The position numbers and the translations under genes were made by a program. Below, piece by piece: positions 51,192 to 64,000 of a DNA stretch of 64,000 bases. The notes beneath the pieces are model-generated. The model did not search any database and was not told where the DNA came from. It saw only the letters and a program-made list of their open reading frames with translations. The stretch covers positions 86,678,001 to 86,742,000 of the forward strand of contig CM059432.1 of NCBI GenBank assembly GCA_030390025.1. The letters are read 5' to 3'. The first letter of the stretch is position 1, and each line of letters opens with the position of its first letter. The stretch is from Squalus acanthias (Eukaryota).

Positions 51192-51305
51192 CTTGGCATG
51201 GGCAGGCCCTCTTTCATTCAGAAGCTTGTACTGGGGCTGGATTCTGTTGAAACGGGCTAACTCATTCACCAGACACATTGGGGTTTTCTCTTTGGGGTTT
51301 GCCAT
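51192..51305 (-). CDS. stau2: Staufen homolog 2, first coding exon (start of dsRBD1)
   Basis: Encodes MANPKEKTPMCLVNELARFNRIQPQYKLLNERGPAHAK, closely matching the vertebrate STAU2 N-terminus as I recall it; donor AAG|GTAATA after 51192 (phase 0); candidate acceptors put the exon start at 51322 (ttgcag|) or 51311 (ttccag|). Confidence 0.96.
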
Positions 51306-52741
51306 GTTATCCTGGAAAGAAACTGCAACCAACACATTTAAGATAACATACCACGTAACAATGCCCAGCTTTGGAGAAAATAAATATTCACTTTGCAAAT
51401 AAAAAAATATGACTCACACTTCACATTGCTTTAACTTATTGCCTGTACAAGACCTTGGTTAGGCCCCATCTAGAATACAGTGTCCAGTTCTGATCCAGAA
51501 AATGACCATGAAAGCAGCTGGATTGTTGTAAAAACCTAACTGGTTCACTTATGAACTTCAGGGAAGGGGACCTGCCACCCCAGCAGGTCTGGCCTCCAGT
51601 TCCACACTATGTGGTTGACTCTTAATGCCCTCAGGATGGGCAATAAATATTTCTTTGGCTGTGTCGCCCACATCCCAAGAATAAATATTAAAAAAAAACT
51701 TTATATGTCAGTTAAATTATTTCAATTAACTGTAAATGCCAGAACCATCAATGCGACTTTAAAAAAGTAACAAAAAACACCATCAGATTCTCAGCGCTAA
51801 ACAATAAATCAAAATCCAGGTTATGAAAATAAATTGGAACCAGTAGCAAGGCTTTTTTGTCCCAAAATGGATGGTTTCATGTGCACGTTTTAAATGAGAT
51901 GGCACTGCGTCATCTCGCATGTAAATTTATCACTCCTCCCAATCCTAACATATGCATAAACTAGGATGATATCCCCACATTTTAACTAATGCCCCAGTTG
52001 TCAGAGTCAGAGATATTTCTAGTGGTACAGGTCGTACTTTAATCAGAGCTCTGTACATGCATACTTAAACGTGTTCACCAGCTTCTGACATTTGATGAAA
52101 TTTCTAACATGAGACAGCTGATAGAATAGTATGCTTTCTAATATTAAAATTTTACAAAGTCAGACCACCTAAATTCTTTTTAAAACTGCACGTTTTGATA
52201 TGGAAACATCGGCTCTGCAGTAGCTATAATTAAACAAGTGACATGTAGCACTTGAGCTTTAAAACAACCCTTCCTTTACTTTTCTATTTTCTACCCTCCT
52301 TACCTGAAGGCATTACCTCTTGCTGGGATACAGTTCCACAGTCAGCAGAAGCCATACCAAAGTGTACCAAAGTAGTTGCTCTTCACGTGTGAGCCTAGAT
52401 AGCAATTGTCAGTTGGTCATTCGTCTGCAGAGTTTTACACTGAAACCTGATTTTGTTCCCACTTGACATCCAAACACACTTTCCAGTTGGTGTCACTTAG
52501 TAATAATCAGGAGTGGGAACCTTGGCTGATTTGTTCCCCTTTCTAAACGAGGAGCAGTGAAACCAATTACAGAACTTTTAGGGACCTTCTAGTCTGTGCA
52601 ACTTAGTACCCTTCTCTGGGTGAGACTTAAAGGCAGTCTCACTATCGACACCAAACTGCTGATTTTTCAAGAATTTTTACATGATAGATACGAATAAGGA
52701 AGGCCATTGTTCCATCTTAGTTCAAGCACCATTTTAAAAAT

Positions 52742-53610
52742 TCATTCTAGGATGTGGGCGTCGCTGGCAAGGCCAGCATTTATTGCCTTGCCCTTGAGAA
52801 GGTGGTAGTGAGCCGCCTTCTTGAACCGCTGCAGTCCGTGTGGTGAAGGTACTCCCACTGTGCTGTTAGGGAGGAAGTTCCAGGATTTTGGCCCAGCGAC
52901 GATGAAGGAACGACAATATATTTCCACGTCAGGATGGTGTGTAACTTGGAGGGGAACTTGCAGGTGATGGTGTTCCCATGTGCCTGCTGCCCTTGTCCTT
53001 CCAGGTGGTAGAAGTCGCGGGTTTGAGAGGTGCTGCCAAAGAAGCCTTGGCGAGTTGCTGCAGTGCATCTTGTAGACACTGCAGCCAATGATGCGCCGGT
53101 GGTGGCGGGAGTGAATGTTCAAGGCTTGGATGGGGTGCCCATCAAACGGGCTGCTTTGTCCTGGATGGTGTCAAGCTTCTTGAGTGTTGTTGGAGCTGCA
53201 CTCATCCAGGCAAGTGGAGAGTGTTCCATCACACTCCTGACTTGTGCTTTGTAGATGGTGGAAAGGCTTTTGGTGAGTCAGGAGGTGAGACACTCGCCGC
53301 AGAATACCCAGCCTGACCCGCTTTTGTAGCCACAGTATTTATGTGGCTGGTCCAGTTAAGTTTCTGGGCAATGGTGACCCCCAGGATGTTGATGGTGGGG
53401 GCTTCGGCGATGGTAATGCAGTTGAATGTCATGGGGCAGTGCTTAGACTCTCGCTTATTGGAGATAGTCATTGCCTGGCACTTGTGTGGCGCGAATGTTA
53501 CTTGCCACTTATCAGCTACATGCGGGCATGGACTGCTTCATTATCTGAGGAGTTGCGAATGGAACTGAACACTGTGCAATCATCAGCGAACATCCCCACT
53601 TCTGACCTTC
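52742..53610 (-). mobile_element. Non-LTR retrotransposon 3' fragment (clade not assigned)
   Basis: EVGMFADDCTVFSSIRNSS RT motif; 3' end gcaataaatgctggccttgccagcgacgcccacatcc. Confidence 0.78.
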
Positions 53611-54261
53611 CTCCAGAAAGACAATACAGGTTGGCTCCCCCTCTAGACCGAACTCTTATGGCATCCAACTGTTAAATGGTTCTAGGGTTCTCGCCTTCAC
53701 TAACCTACCCAGAAGCCTATTCAATATGTTGTGTGAAGAAATTCCAGACATCCGTTCTAAATTTGCCTTTTACTGGGTTTGAACTGATGTCCTCTTATCG
53801 TACTGTCATGGTTTAGTTGAAGTAAAGATCAGGATCTTCATTTTCTATCTGCTATTTTATATACCTCTGCATATTCACCTTTCAGTCATCTCCTTTCAAG
53901 GCTAAAAAGCCCAAGTTTCTCCAGTCTTTCCTTATTGCTCAGTCCTCAGACATTAGGGATTAACTTTGTGCCACTTCTCTGAACTGTCTCCAGGGCTTGA
54001 ATCTTGGTAACTAGAAATGGACACAGTACTCAAGATGTGGTCTAACCAGAGCATTATACAGTTTGAGCATAACCTCCTCTCACCTATACTCTACTATATG
54101 GACTATACAGTCCAGCATTCAACCTGCTTTGTTGATTACCACTCCAAAGTGATTGGACATGTTGCGTGCCGAGACAACTCCTGGATTGCTCAGCGTCATC
54201 CATAGCTATTCCGACATAATTTATGATGTCAGATCCGGAGGGGAGTTGGTATCTAAGAGTT

Positions 54262-54560
54262 GTTGAAGCTGCAGCTCCTCTGGACCCATTTTTTTGTTTC
54301 TTTACTTGTCCCATTACCACCCCCTTTTGCCTCGTACCATCATCCCTTTTGTCTTTTAATCTCTCCTGCCTTCCACCCTATCACAGACCTTCCCTTTTTT
54401 CTTTCCTCCCATCTCCCCCTTTCCCTGCCTCTGTACTTGCTTAAAACCGGTTACATCTGCAACATTTTCCAGTTCTGACAAAAGGTCACCGACCTGAAAC
54501 GTAAACTCTGTTTCTCTCTCCAGACACTGCCGGACCTGCTAAGTATTTCCAACATTTTCG
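54262..54560 (+). mobile_element. Penelope 3' terminal fragment with degenerate hammerhead
   Basis: Reverse complement of about 42030-42320; core reads CTGACAA (G8 lost). Confidence 0.75.
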
Positions 54561-54706
54561 ATCAATATTGTCAGGTTTGTTGGTTTATCTCCAAGGTTGT
54601 AATGAGACAGGAACCAAGCCACGTAATGCAATCATAAACACCACTGTGATTACATAGGACTGTAGTGGACTGGGAATGACTATTGCAGTCCATCTAGCCA
54701 GTCCCA

Positions 54707-57700
54707 GGGCGAAAAGTTCGGGGGTGTACGCCACCCGTTACTTTTAAAAAATGGCAAAAGAGCAGCAGCTGCCGCTCTTTCGCCAGCTGGTGTTCTTTCG
54801 CCAGCTGGTATTCTTTCACCAGCTGGCGGCGGGTCCTGCAGCATCCTCCATTTTCATTGTCCCGGTGGCGCTGCCAGTAACAGGTATTACCCTGCAAAAA
54901 AAAATGGCCGATTGGTGGCATGACTTAACGTCACCATGGCCAACTTCGACCCCAGCGCGGAGCTCAGCGCTGGGTCATAACCACGCCAGGAAAACCCAGC
55001 ATGCAGAGGCACTGTCAGCACCGCTTAAAGGGGGACACACATCTTTCAGGTAAGTATGCATTTAAGCTTTTGGACTGTTTTTTTTTATTTTATTGAAGTA
55101 GTGGCTTGCTGCAATAGATGTTAAAAGTTTTTTTTAAGTGTGTAGGGAGTGCTGCTGGACGCTTGCAAGGCCTCCAATGGTAAAGGAAGGACTCTGAGGA
55201 AATAGAAAATGCTGCAAATACTCAACAGGTCAGGCAACATCTGTGGAGAGAGAAACAGAGTTCACGTCTCAGGTCGAGATGCTGCCTGACCAGTTGAGTA
55301 TTGCCAGCATTTTATGCTGGCATTTCAGATTTACAGCTTCTGCTCGCAGAGGGAAGAGGAAAACACAGAAGAGTTTCAAGAGTAAAGTCATTGTTGCACA
55401 TGTCTTAGCATGAGAAGTCAGCTCGTACTAAGTGGCAGAGGTCTACAAATGGAGGGGAAACTGCCACTATACATGAGGTCACCCCATTTTAGGAGTGCGC
55501 ACTCCAAATTCAAGGCCAGTATATGGAAGAGAAAGCCAGAGATTGCAAAGCAGGAGAAATGCTCCCAGCGGTAGGTCGGTGTACATCTGCCCTCTTTAGA
55601 GTACTCAGACGCAATATTCAAAATGTTGTGATCCAAGAAGGGAAGTACTGCTTTCGCTTAATAGCATATCCTGAAAGTGCCTCAAGTTCCAAGCAGTTAG
55701 CCTTCCATTATCCTTTTTTTTGTCTTTTCTGGTGCAGATGACCAATCAAAGCCAGGTCCTCCAACTACCAGATCTGCAAGCACTCACAACTCATCCCATC
55801 ACTCCCTTCTGATCTTCCAAGATCCATTCACCCTGGGCGATTTAGGTGGTGAACTTTAGGGTAACATAACCAGTGAAGCACAAAACACGGGTGACTAGGA
55901 GTAAGGGGAATAGGTGATAGAGGAAGATGTCTGTTGTGGGGATGGGGGGGGCGGGGGGGGGGGTGGGCGCGCAGGGGGACAGTGTGAGGGCAAAGGGATA
56001 TCCCCACAACTGTCTGTTTCAGGGATCCAGATATGCAGGATCCTGCTTGCTTTCAAACAAAGAATACTCAGATCATTGCTTGCTGCAGTCTTTGAGGAAA
56101 GGGCAAAGCAGTTCCTGACACATGGCAGCTAGTGTGGAGGAATCTATGAGACGCACGTGTGGGGTTCTGATACAATATAGTGAGGGCATGCAGAATGCCT
56201 TGAAGTGAGTGACAGCTCCCAGGCCATGTGCAGCACAGCCCTTAAGCAATGCCATTCTAGTTATCAAACATGAATGCCCGCAAGGCTGCAATTTAAGCAT
56301 TGTAGTGTGTGTTTCTCAATGGACAGGTTCACGGATAAGCTGAGACAAATGAGAAGGTGTATGGCTTCAGGATTCAGTAGTGGAAAGGTCTGCCGTAACG
56401 CGCCAGTCATCACACTGATGAGCAAGCACAGTGCATAGAGTCCATGAATAGGAGTGGGATGGAGGTCACTGCAGCAGATGTATACTCTCCAACCTGTGCT
56501 ATTATTGGAGAACCCATTCCACCCTCTGCCCTGGAAAGTAATTCTAAGAGTGACTAAAAACCTGCAGGTCAGAATGCTGCCCCACTAGAGGAGGTGCAGC
56601 CTAAAGCAGGCTCATCTGGTTCCAAAGCACACACAGATCAATAGCAACCGCAGTCCAAGGAGCTTTCATATAGTTGGCTGTTAATCTCTTGCTCTACTCC
56701 TGCCACAGGGGATGCACCAGGAAGGAAAAAACTTGTACTTGTATAGCACCTTTCATGATCTCAGGATGTCCCAAAGCACTTTACAGCCTCTGAAATAGGG
56801 CCTGAACCATAAACCTTCTGCCTCAAAGGGGAGAGTGCTACCACGAAGCCGACACCTAAGCACGAGAGTCACGGCAGCTAAACACAAGACATAGGGTTAA
56901 AGGAGAGTTTAGCACAGTAGCAAGAGAACTTGGATGTAGGCTCACCGATAGGATTTTATGTCATTAAAAATCATGACATTTCATTTATGTTTTCGTTTCT
57001 GAGATGTTGACATTCTTGTATTTGTTTCAGAAGGACTTTGGTGGAGGCTTTATTGGCAGGTTTATTGCGATTGGGGGGGGAACCTAGGATCAGATGGACT
57101 CAAATAAATCAGAGATGGGAGAGCAAGATGTAGTTGGAAAGACGGAGATCTCCAGGAGAAGGCATCAGTAATAAGGGTCTGCCTGGCTGCAATATCAGAA
57201 TGTCCGAGATCTACCTTAGGGCAATCTTCAGACTCTCTCATTTCCCCTAGTTGCCAGTATAAGACCCTAGCCTACAGCAATGTTATGCAGCATGCCACAA
57301 TGATCCTGGATATTTTGGTAGGACAGTAGTGCAAGACTATTCCAGAGCAATCCAAGCACCGGAATCTCTGCTTCGAGATTCCTCTAGTGTTCTCAATGCA
57401 TGACCCGAGTAGATGCATTCATGTCGCATTTATGCTCTGAGGCAGATGTTAAATTCTGCAGAGGGTCATCAGCTGCGCAATGAGGCTTTGCATGGCCTCT
57501 CAGCATCCATCCCTTACTTCAGTGCACTGCTGGGATTAAGGGTGAAATGGTGGTCTGTCTCAGAATGAAAGCATCATGTGAGCTGCCGAGAAATTGTATT
57601 CACCTGTATGATTTTATGCTGGTGGTCGCAAACGAGTTGAACATTGTAGGTGTTCACCATGTCACCTGTTGCCCCAAAAACTTCTGGTAGCAAAGAATTT

Positions 57701-58362
57701 CAGAGCTGTGGCCAGTGACTTCAACAGTGACAGGAAAAGTGGTGCCAGCACTGCAATGAGACTCTACGTCGGCCCTGAGAAGGTCACAGATCTTGCTCAC
57801 TACTTCCCTAGTAAACCTTGTCACCAGATGCACTGTTCCTCTGACAAGTGTAAAAATGTCCACCGGGGCCAATATATTCTTGCAATATATTCTTGTTCTC
57901 AGGTAATTGCAGACACTATCATGCATGATGGCTTTCTTAGGTTGCAGAGTTCAAAAATGCCACAGTTATTTACCCTCCTCTAAGCTGCCAAAGCCTTTTC
58001 AGATAAGCTTCTGCTCAAATACTGCTTCGGAATTTCAAAGTACCAATCTATAATGGCTTCCTCAATGGTAATGACTAAAATGCTTACTTTCAAAGTTCAC
58101 AATGCTTAACTTATCTGAATGTAAGCAGTGTCTGACCTGTGACTGCTGGAAGTACAGGAAAAAAGACTGCCAATTAGTATGATGTTATTGAAATGGTATA
58201 TAATTGAGGTACCAATTCCAATATCTCATTGAGGCACAATAAAATTCGAGACAAGCAAAACAGCTGCAGCATTAATGGAGCACCAAATAGGAGCAATGGG
58301 ATAGCGCCCAATTTTCTAATGTGTCGTGCTTTATCAGGCATTATACCCAGGAAAATCTACCC
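54707..58362. mobile_element. Second, more decayed PIF/Harbinger element
   Basis: HARBI1-like remnants on minus strand about 57180-57920 (RFTREVVSKICDLL; GSSHDAFILRQ); GGG-starting ends match each other poorly, so boundaries are uncertain; contains nested Penelope and SINE fragments. Confidence 0.62.
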
Positions 58363-60026
58363 TATAGTATAAACAGGGCATTAAAGTCCAACTCCCACAC
58401 AATCTCTCTCTATCTGATTTGTTAGAAAGACTACACATTTGATGTTTGAATCATTTAATCACAAACATACACCAGAAAATGTTGTTAGTGTTTGTGATTT
58501 GAAGTGTTGAAAGATGTAACACAGCCATCAAAATCCCTACTCTCTCAACAATATATAGTATTTCAAATTCAGTACATTCCATTGAAAAGTCTTATATAAA
58601 CCAACTCAAAGAGAATTTTTGTTGCAAAAACGTATTTTTTTTAAATATCTATGATGCCAGTAGGTGGCACTGTGCTGTCATAGTTTCCCCACCATGTAAC
58701 ACCCACTATTTTAGTAAGTGTCCTGCAGGGACTCAGTCAAATGTTTTAAATCTTCTACCTGCCATTGCAGGTCTCCCACCACTGGTGATGCTGTGGCATG
58801 AGTCGCCAGGTCCTTTTTTGATCCATGTCCATTAATCAGTATTTTGTGAAAAACTTATAATTTTTTTAATCTTTTATTTCTAACTTTTTAAAAATCAAAT
58901 TTCAAAATTACCTACCACTTGTCCATTTCACCTGCTCCAACTCTGCCATGCTCCATCACAAAATGGCACGCCCTGCTACCACATATCCCTGACTGCTTCC
59001 CAAGACATTCTGCACCAAACTCTGGCGAATGGCGATCACCTGTTGCCAGCCAAAGATTGGGAACTGCGCTTCTATCTCTAAAAAAAATAATCACAGTCGA
59101 CATCTCTCCCAGGTATTTCCCAGATCGTGATTAACACTTTTGGCCAAAGACAGGGCAGACAGCTGCCTGAACTATCACGATTAGGCACACAGTGAGTCCA
59201 TACATCTGACGTCCAGCACCAAAAATCAGGCAAGATAATTTGGGTGCGATGACAACAAGAGAAAGCACTAGAAACAGATGCAAAATATAGATGAGAAAAG
59301 AGAGAAATCAAGGCAAAAGAGATTAGTCAAAGAGAAACAGAAATTAAGACCATACACTGAGAGAAATCAGCAGCAACAGATTGGAAACAAGACAGAAATC
59401 ATTGCAAAAAGACACTGCGTTCACAGACAGCGGCAGATCAACACGACAAAGACTTAGAGATAGGTCAGTCAAAGTCTCCCCCTTCCCCTTCCCCCCCCAC
59501 CCACCCCGCCATAAAGCTACTCTACCTTCTCCCCTCCCTGGCCTCTGGCTCTAACCCTCCTTTCCCTTCCCCTTTGCCATCCCTAGTCTCTGAGCCTGCT
59601 ATATGTTTCTCCCTCCACCCTCTAACTCCACTCTGCCTCTCCCATCACCCCTACCTGCTCTACCTTCCTCGTGTGGCCTGCAACATTATGACCCTACCTA
59701 GCCCTGGTTCAAGATTCCTTCAATAATCCATTACTTTCAACAGATGTCACTACTGGGGCTTTTGTACATTACTGCACATAAAAAGTGGTCAGATCAGGAC
59801 AGTTGGGAGTCTTTTAACGGGACATTCCAAAAAAATCTAACTCGCTCCTCCAAATGTTGAAAGTCAGACAAGTTAATCAAAATTCTATTAACATTACACA
59901 TTTTACATTGTTTATCTTCATTGGTATTTAATTGAAATGTTATGAGAAGACAGTCCATTAGCTACAACGTTAGTATATAGAAAAGTACAAAATCAGATTC
60001 TCTAAATGCAATTTTACCTTATATAC

Positions 60027-62310
60027 ACCAACAACAACAATTTGTATCTATACCTTTAACGTAGTAAAACATTCCAAGGTGCTTCACAGGAGTATTGTAA
60101 GACAAAAATTTGACACCGAGCCACATAAGGAAAAATTAGCACAGATGACCAAAAGCTTGGTCAAAGAGGTAGGTTTTAAGGAGCGTCTTAAAGGAGGAAA
60201 GAGAGGTAGCGAGGCGGAGAGGTTTAGGCAGGGAATTCCAGAGCTTAAGGCCGAGGCAACTGAAGGCACAGCCACCAATGGTTGAGCGATTATAATCAGG
60301 GATGCTCAAGAGGTCAGAATTAGAGGAGCGCTGATATCTCGGGGGGGGTTGTGGGGCTGGAGGAGATTACAGAAAGAGGGAAGGGCGAGGCCATGGAGGG
60401 ATTTGAAAACAAGGATGAGAATTTTGAAAAATCGAGGCATTGCTTAACCAGGAGCCAATGTAGGTCAGCGAGCACAGGGGTGATGGGTGAACGGGACTTA
60501 AGAACATAAGAAATAGGAGCAGGAGTAGGCCATTTGGCCATTCAATAAGATCATGGCTGATCTTGTACCTCATCTCCACTTTCCTGCACTATCCCCATAT
60601 CCCTTGATTCCCTCAATATTCAAAAATCTATCGATCTCTGTCTTGAATATACTCAACGACTGAGCCTCCACAGCCCTCTGGAGTAGAGAATTCCAAAGAT
60701 TCACCACCCTCTGAGTGAAGAAATTTCTCCTCATCTCAGTCCTAAATGGCTGGCCCCTTATTCTGAGACTTGGTGCGAGTTAGGACATGGGCAGCAGAGT
60801 TTTGGATAACCTCAAGTTTACGTAGGGTAGAACGTGGGAGGCCAGGCAGGAGTGCGTTCGAATAGTCAAGTCTAGAGGTAACAAAGGCATGGATGAGGGT
60901 TTCAGCAGCGGATGAGCTGAGGCAGGGGTGGAAATGGGCGATGTTACGGAGGTGGAAATAGATGGTCTTAGTTATGCTGCGGATGTGTGGTCAGCAGCTC
61001 ATCTCAGGGTCAAATATGACACCAAGGTTGCAAACAGTGTGGTTCAGCCTCAGACAGATGATAGGGAGAGGGATGGAGTCGGTGGCTAGGTAACAGAGTT
61101 TGTGGCGGGGACCGAAAACAATGGCTTTGGTCTTCCCAATATTTAATTGGAGAAATTTTCTGCTCATCCAGTACATGGACAAGCAGTCTGACAATTTAGA
61201 GACTGGAGGGGTCGAGAGAAGTGGTGGTGAGGTAGAGCTGGGTGGCGTCAGTGTACATGTGGAAACTGACACTGTGTTTTCGAATGATGTCGCCGAGGGG
61301 CAGCATGTAGATGAGAAATAGGAGGGGGCCAAGGATGGATCCTTGGAGGACACCAGAGGTAACGATGTTGGAGCGAGAAGAAAAACCATTGCAGGTGATT
61401 CTCTGGCTATGATTAGATAAGAATGGAACCAGGCGAGTGCAGTCCCACCCAGCTGGACGACGGTGGAGAGGCGTTGGAGGAGGATGGAGTGGTCAACCAT
61501 GTCAAATGCTGCAGACAAGTCAAGAAGGACGAGGAGGGATAGTTTACCTTTGTCGCAGTCATAAAGGATGTCATTTGTGACTTTGATGAGAGCCGTTTCG
61601 GTACTGTGGCAAGGGCGGAAACCTGATTGGAGGGATTCAAACATGGAGTTCCGGGAAAGATGAGCACGGATTTGGGAGGCGACAACACATTCAACGACTT
61701 TGGAGAGGAAAGGGAGGTTGGAGATGTGGCGGTAGCTTGCAAGGGGTCAAGGTTTGGATTTTTGAGGAGAGGAGTGATGACGGCAGATTTGATGGAGAGG
61801 GGGACAGTACTCAAGGAGAGAGAGAACCGTTAACAATGTCAGCTAACATGGGAGCCAGAAAAGGAAGTTGGGTGGTCAGCAGTTTGGTGGGAATAGGGTC
61901 GAGGAAGCAGGAAGTGGGTCTCATGGACAAGAGGAGCGCGGAGAGGTCAAGAGGGGAGGGAGATTGGAGAGAAACTGGAGAAAGATGTGAGATCAGGGCT
62001 AGGGCAGGGGGGCACCTTAGAGGAAGTTTGGCTCGGTGGGCTATGGGAAGGATATGTGTTTGGGAGTTTACATGGAGGCAGAGATTAAGGGAGGATAGGA
62101 GGGTAGTGAACTCAGAGGAGAGAGAGCATGATGAATTGAGATGGAGGTTGAAATCACCGAGGATGAGAAATCGCTCGATGCAGAGGCTGAGGGAGGAAAG
62201 CAGTGAGGATATCTCGGTGAAAACATTCTTATGGTACTTGGGTGGGCGGTAGAGAATGAAAATTTTAAATGAGAGCTGAGGGGGTGGAATAAGATGAGAT
62301 GCTCAACGTG
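60027..62310 (-). mobile_element. L2 LINE with a nested CR1 3' fragment (about 60498-60770, minus)
   Basis: FESLQSGFRPCHSTETALIKVTND, LLDLSAAFDMVDH, LGDFNLH; (caa)n tail; CR1 3' UTR interrupts PITPVL motif region. Confidence 0.92.
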
Positions 62311-62744
62311 CTATACATGCAGTACTATTACAGCCTGTCCCAAATTCAAATATAAAATGGTAATTCTACTGGCCCACATTTTTGTGGGTTTCATTCACTA
62401 ACTTGTCTAAATTTAAATGGAAAACTATGTAACCAGACTCCGTCTCTTTTTGCAATAGGAATTGTGGATCTCCAGCTCCCAGAGAAGGGGGCAAGAACAA
62501 CAGCATTAAGGTAAAGCAAATGGGGGAGTGCAGCAAACCTAGGCCATGGCTTGAGGCACCATAAAAGTGGCTAATTTCAAATGAAGGCTGAAAACTACAT
62601 CCTGGCTTTACCTGGGAGTAAGTTTGTCTATCATGGGACAAGTTTTAAAAGTGACAGTCAACCAACCATATTGCAAACAAAGCACACTATAGCATGTGGA
62701 CAGGTAAAAGTCAGAATTTTGTATACTGAATGCTTATGCACACT

Positions 62745-62862
62745 TCTCTGTAACATCTCCTGGTTCTGACAAAAGGCCATTGACCTGAAACGTTAACCCT
62801 ACCTTCCTCTCTCCACAGATGCTGCCTGATCTGCTGAGTGTTTCCAGCATTTTCTGTTTTTA
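62745..62862 (+). mobile_element. Penelope terminal fragment with degenerate hammerhead
   Basis: gttctgacaaaaggccattgacctgaaacgttaac...gatgctgcctgatctgctgagtgtttccagcattttctg. Confidence 0.72.
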
Positions 62863-64000
62863 ATTGTGGAATGCTGTCATTTTTTTCATCTTCTCTCCTC
62901 TTTTCAACCTTTCCATGATGAGAGGAACTTTCTGCCACTTCAATTGTGCACGTTAATTCAGTTTTCTCTCATACTCATTATCTCATCCCAACCAGTTCCC
63001 CCAATGATGCCATTAGGTATTATACAACTGGCCCAGGAAAGATTTACGGTACTTTTATATTGCACAAAATCCATGCTATTGCCGCTGAATTCTCCAAGCA
63101 CAGGTGTTGCACAGCCAGCTACAAGCCAAATATAAAACCAATAGGACTCGCTGATACTGGCCATCAGAAAGACTAGTTTTTAGCGGTTTCAGTTCTTGGG
63201 GAATCTGGTGACACTAGCGCAACATAAAAGCAGCTTTACCTTCCTTCTCTGTAGGAAAGCAGCTAGAATCTCCTCTGTGCCACCACCGACATCTGCCCTG
63301 AAGCAAGGTTGGCCCAGTTGGCAGCAGTAATTTGTGGGTTTAAGCCCCAAACCAATATTTGAGCACATAATCTAGGCTGGCACTCCAGCTCAGTATGAAG
63401 GAGTGCATCATTTAAGTGTTGTCCTTAGATTAAACTGAGGCCCTGTCTACTTGTTCAGGTGAACATTAAAAAGCAAACTAAAATGGGCTGTCATCCTGGA
63501 AGGATGAAATCAAATGGTCCAATGAGTCTTTATCTGAGCCCATCTTGTAAGAACCTGTCTTGTGGGAGGGGTGAGGGGCCGGGGGAAGAGTACAAACCCA
63601 CATTCCATCACTTGATCAAATAATCCATTATTAAATATATTGTGTGAACCAACTTTCATTATTTTGACATTGTATTAGATTTAACATGTTCATTATTTTC
63701 TTTTCCAAACATTTCTGAGTAGAACTAGTCCACCAATTAGTCTGCCTTGTACAATACAAGCAATTTATTTATTATCACATCATTTAAAATACATTTTTAA
63801 AACCACCTTCAATAAATATTGCATAGGAGAGATTTATGACTGTTGCTTGCTTTTCTAGTTTGCTTAGAGACATAGTGGATTCTGTACATTAGATTAATAC
63901 CATGAAAACAACTCTACTAGATATACAAAGGAAGCTAGTTCCAGATTTTTAAAAATATTTAAAATAACTCAGTATGTTACACACCGCAAAAAGTAAATGG

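Noticed and set aside
55938..55980. G-run or G-quadruplex-like tract (also C-rich 59478-59700)
   Set aside because: Low-complexity tracts with no evidence of function.
63240..63297. Possible stau2 5' UTR exon (cttcag|...GAAG|GTAAAG)
   Set aside because: Only moderate splice signals and no recognisable homology; cannot be supported.

Overview
Eukaryotic, repeat-dense genomic DNA, almost certainly from a cartilaginous fish (HE1-type V-SINE, Deu-domain SINEs, abundant CR1/L2 LINEs, Penelope and Harbinger elements). The window lies inside a minus-strand Staufen-2 (stau2) gene. Three canonical coding exons are present (51192-51305 from the ATG, 40578-40737, 24761-24896; dsRBD1 and the first half of split dsRBD2); I did not find the remaining exons in the window. 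Almost all other listed ORFs are transposon debris or chance. Best leads: (1) an intact 2.8-kb Tigger/pogo transposon (perfect 24-bp TIRs, TA TSD, uninterrupted 590-aa DD32D transposase) in sense orientation 1.1 kb downstream of the stau2 start exon, with a splice acceptor in frame with that exon (possible exon-trap fusion) and a 53-bp tandem array in its leader; (2) minimal Penelope-type hammerhead ribozyme motifs, two of them sense in the stau2 pre-mRNA, one inside a 242-bp hairpin insertion with a 14-bp TSD; (3) frame-compatible candidate cassette exons (40 nt, 45 nt) and tandem splice sites; (4) a MITE-borne promoter-like segment with a splice donor that could feed an ATG-containing exon at 3134-3247. 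Repeat boundaries were read by eye and are approximate unless TIR/TSD are quoted; family names come from motif recognition, not searches.
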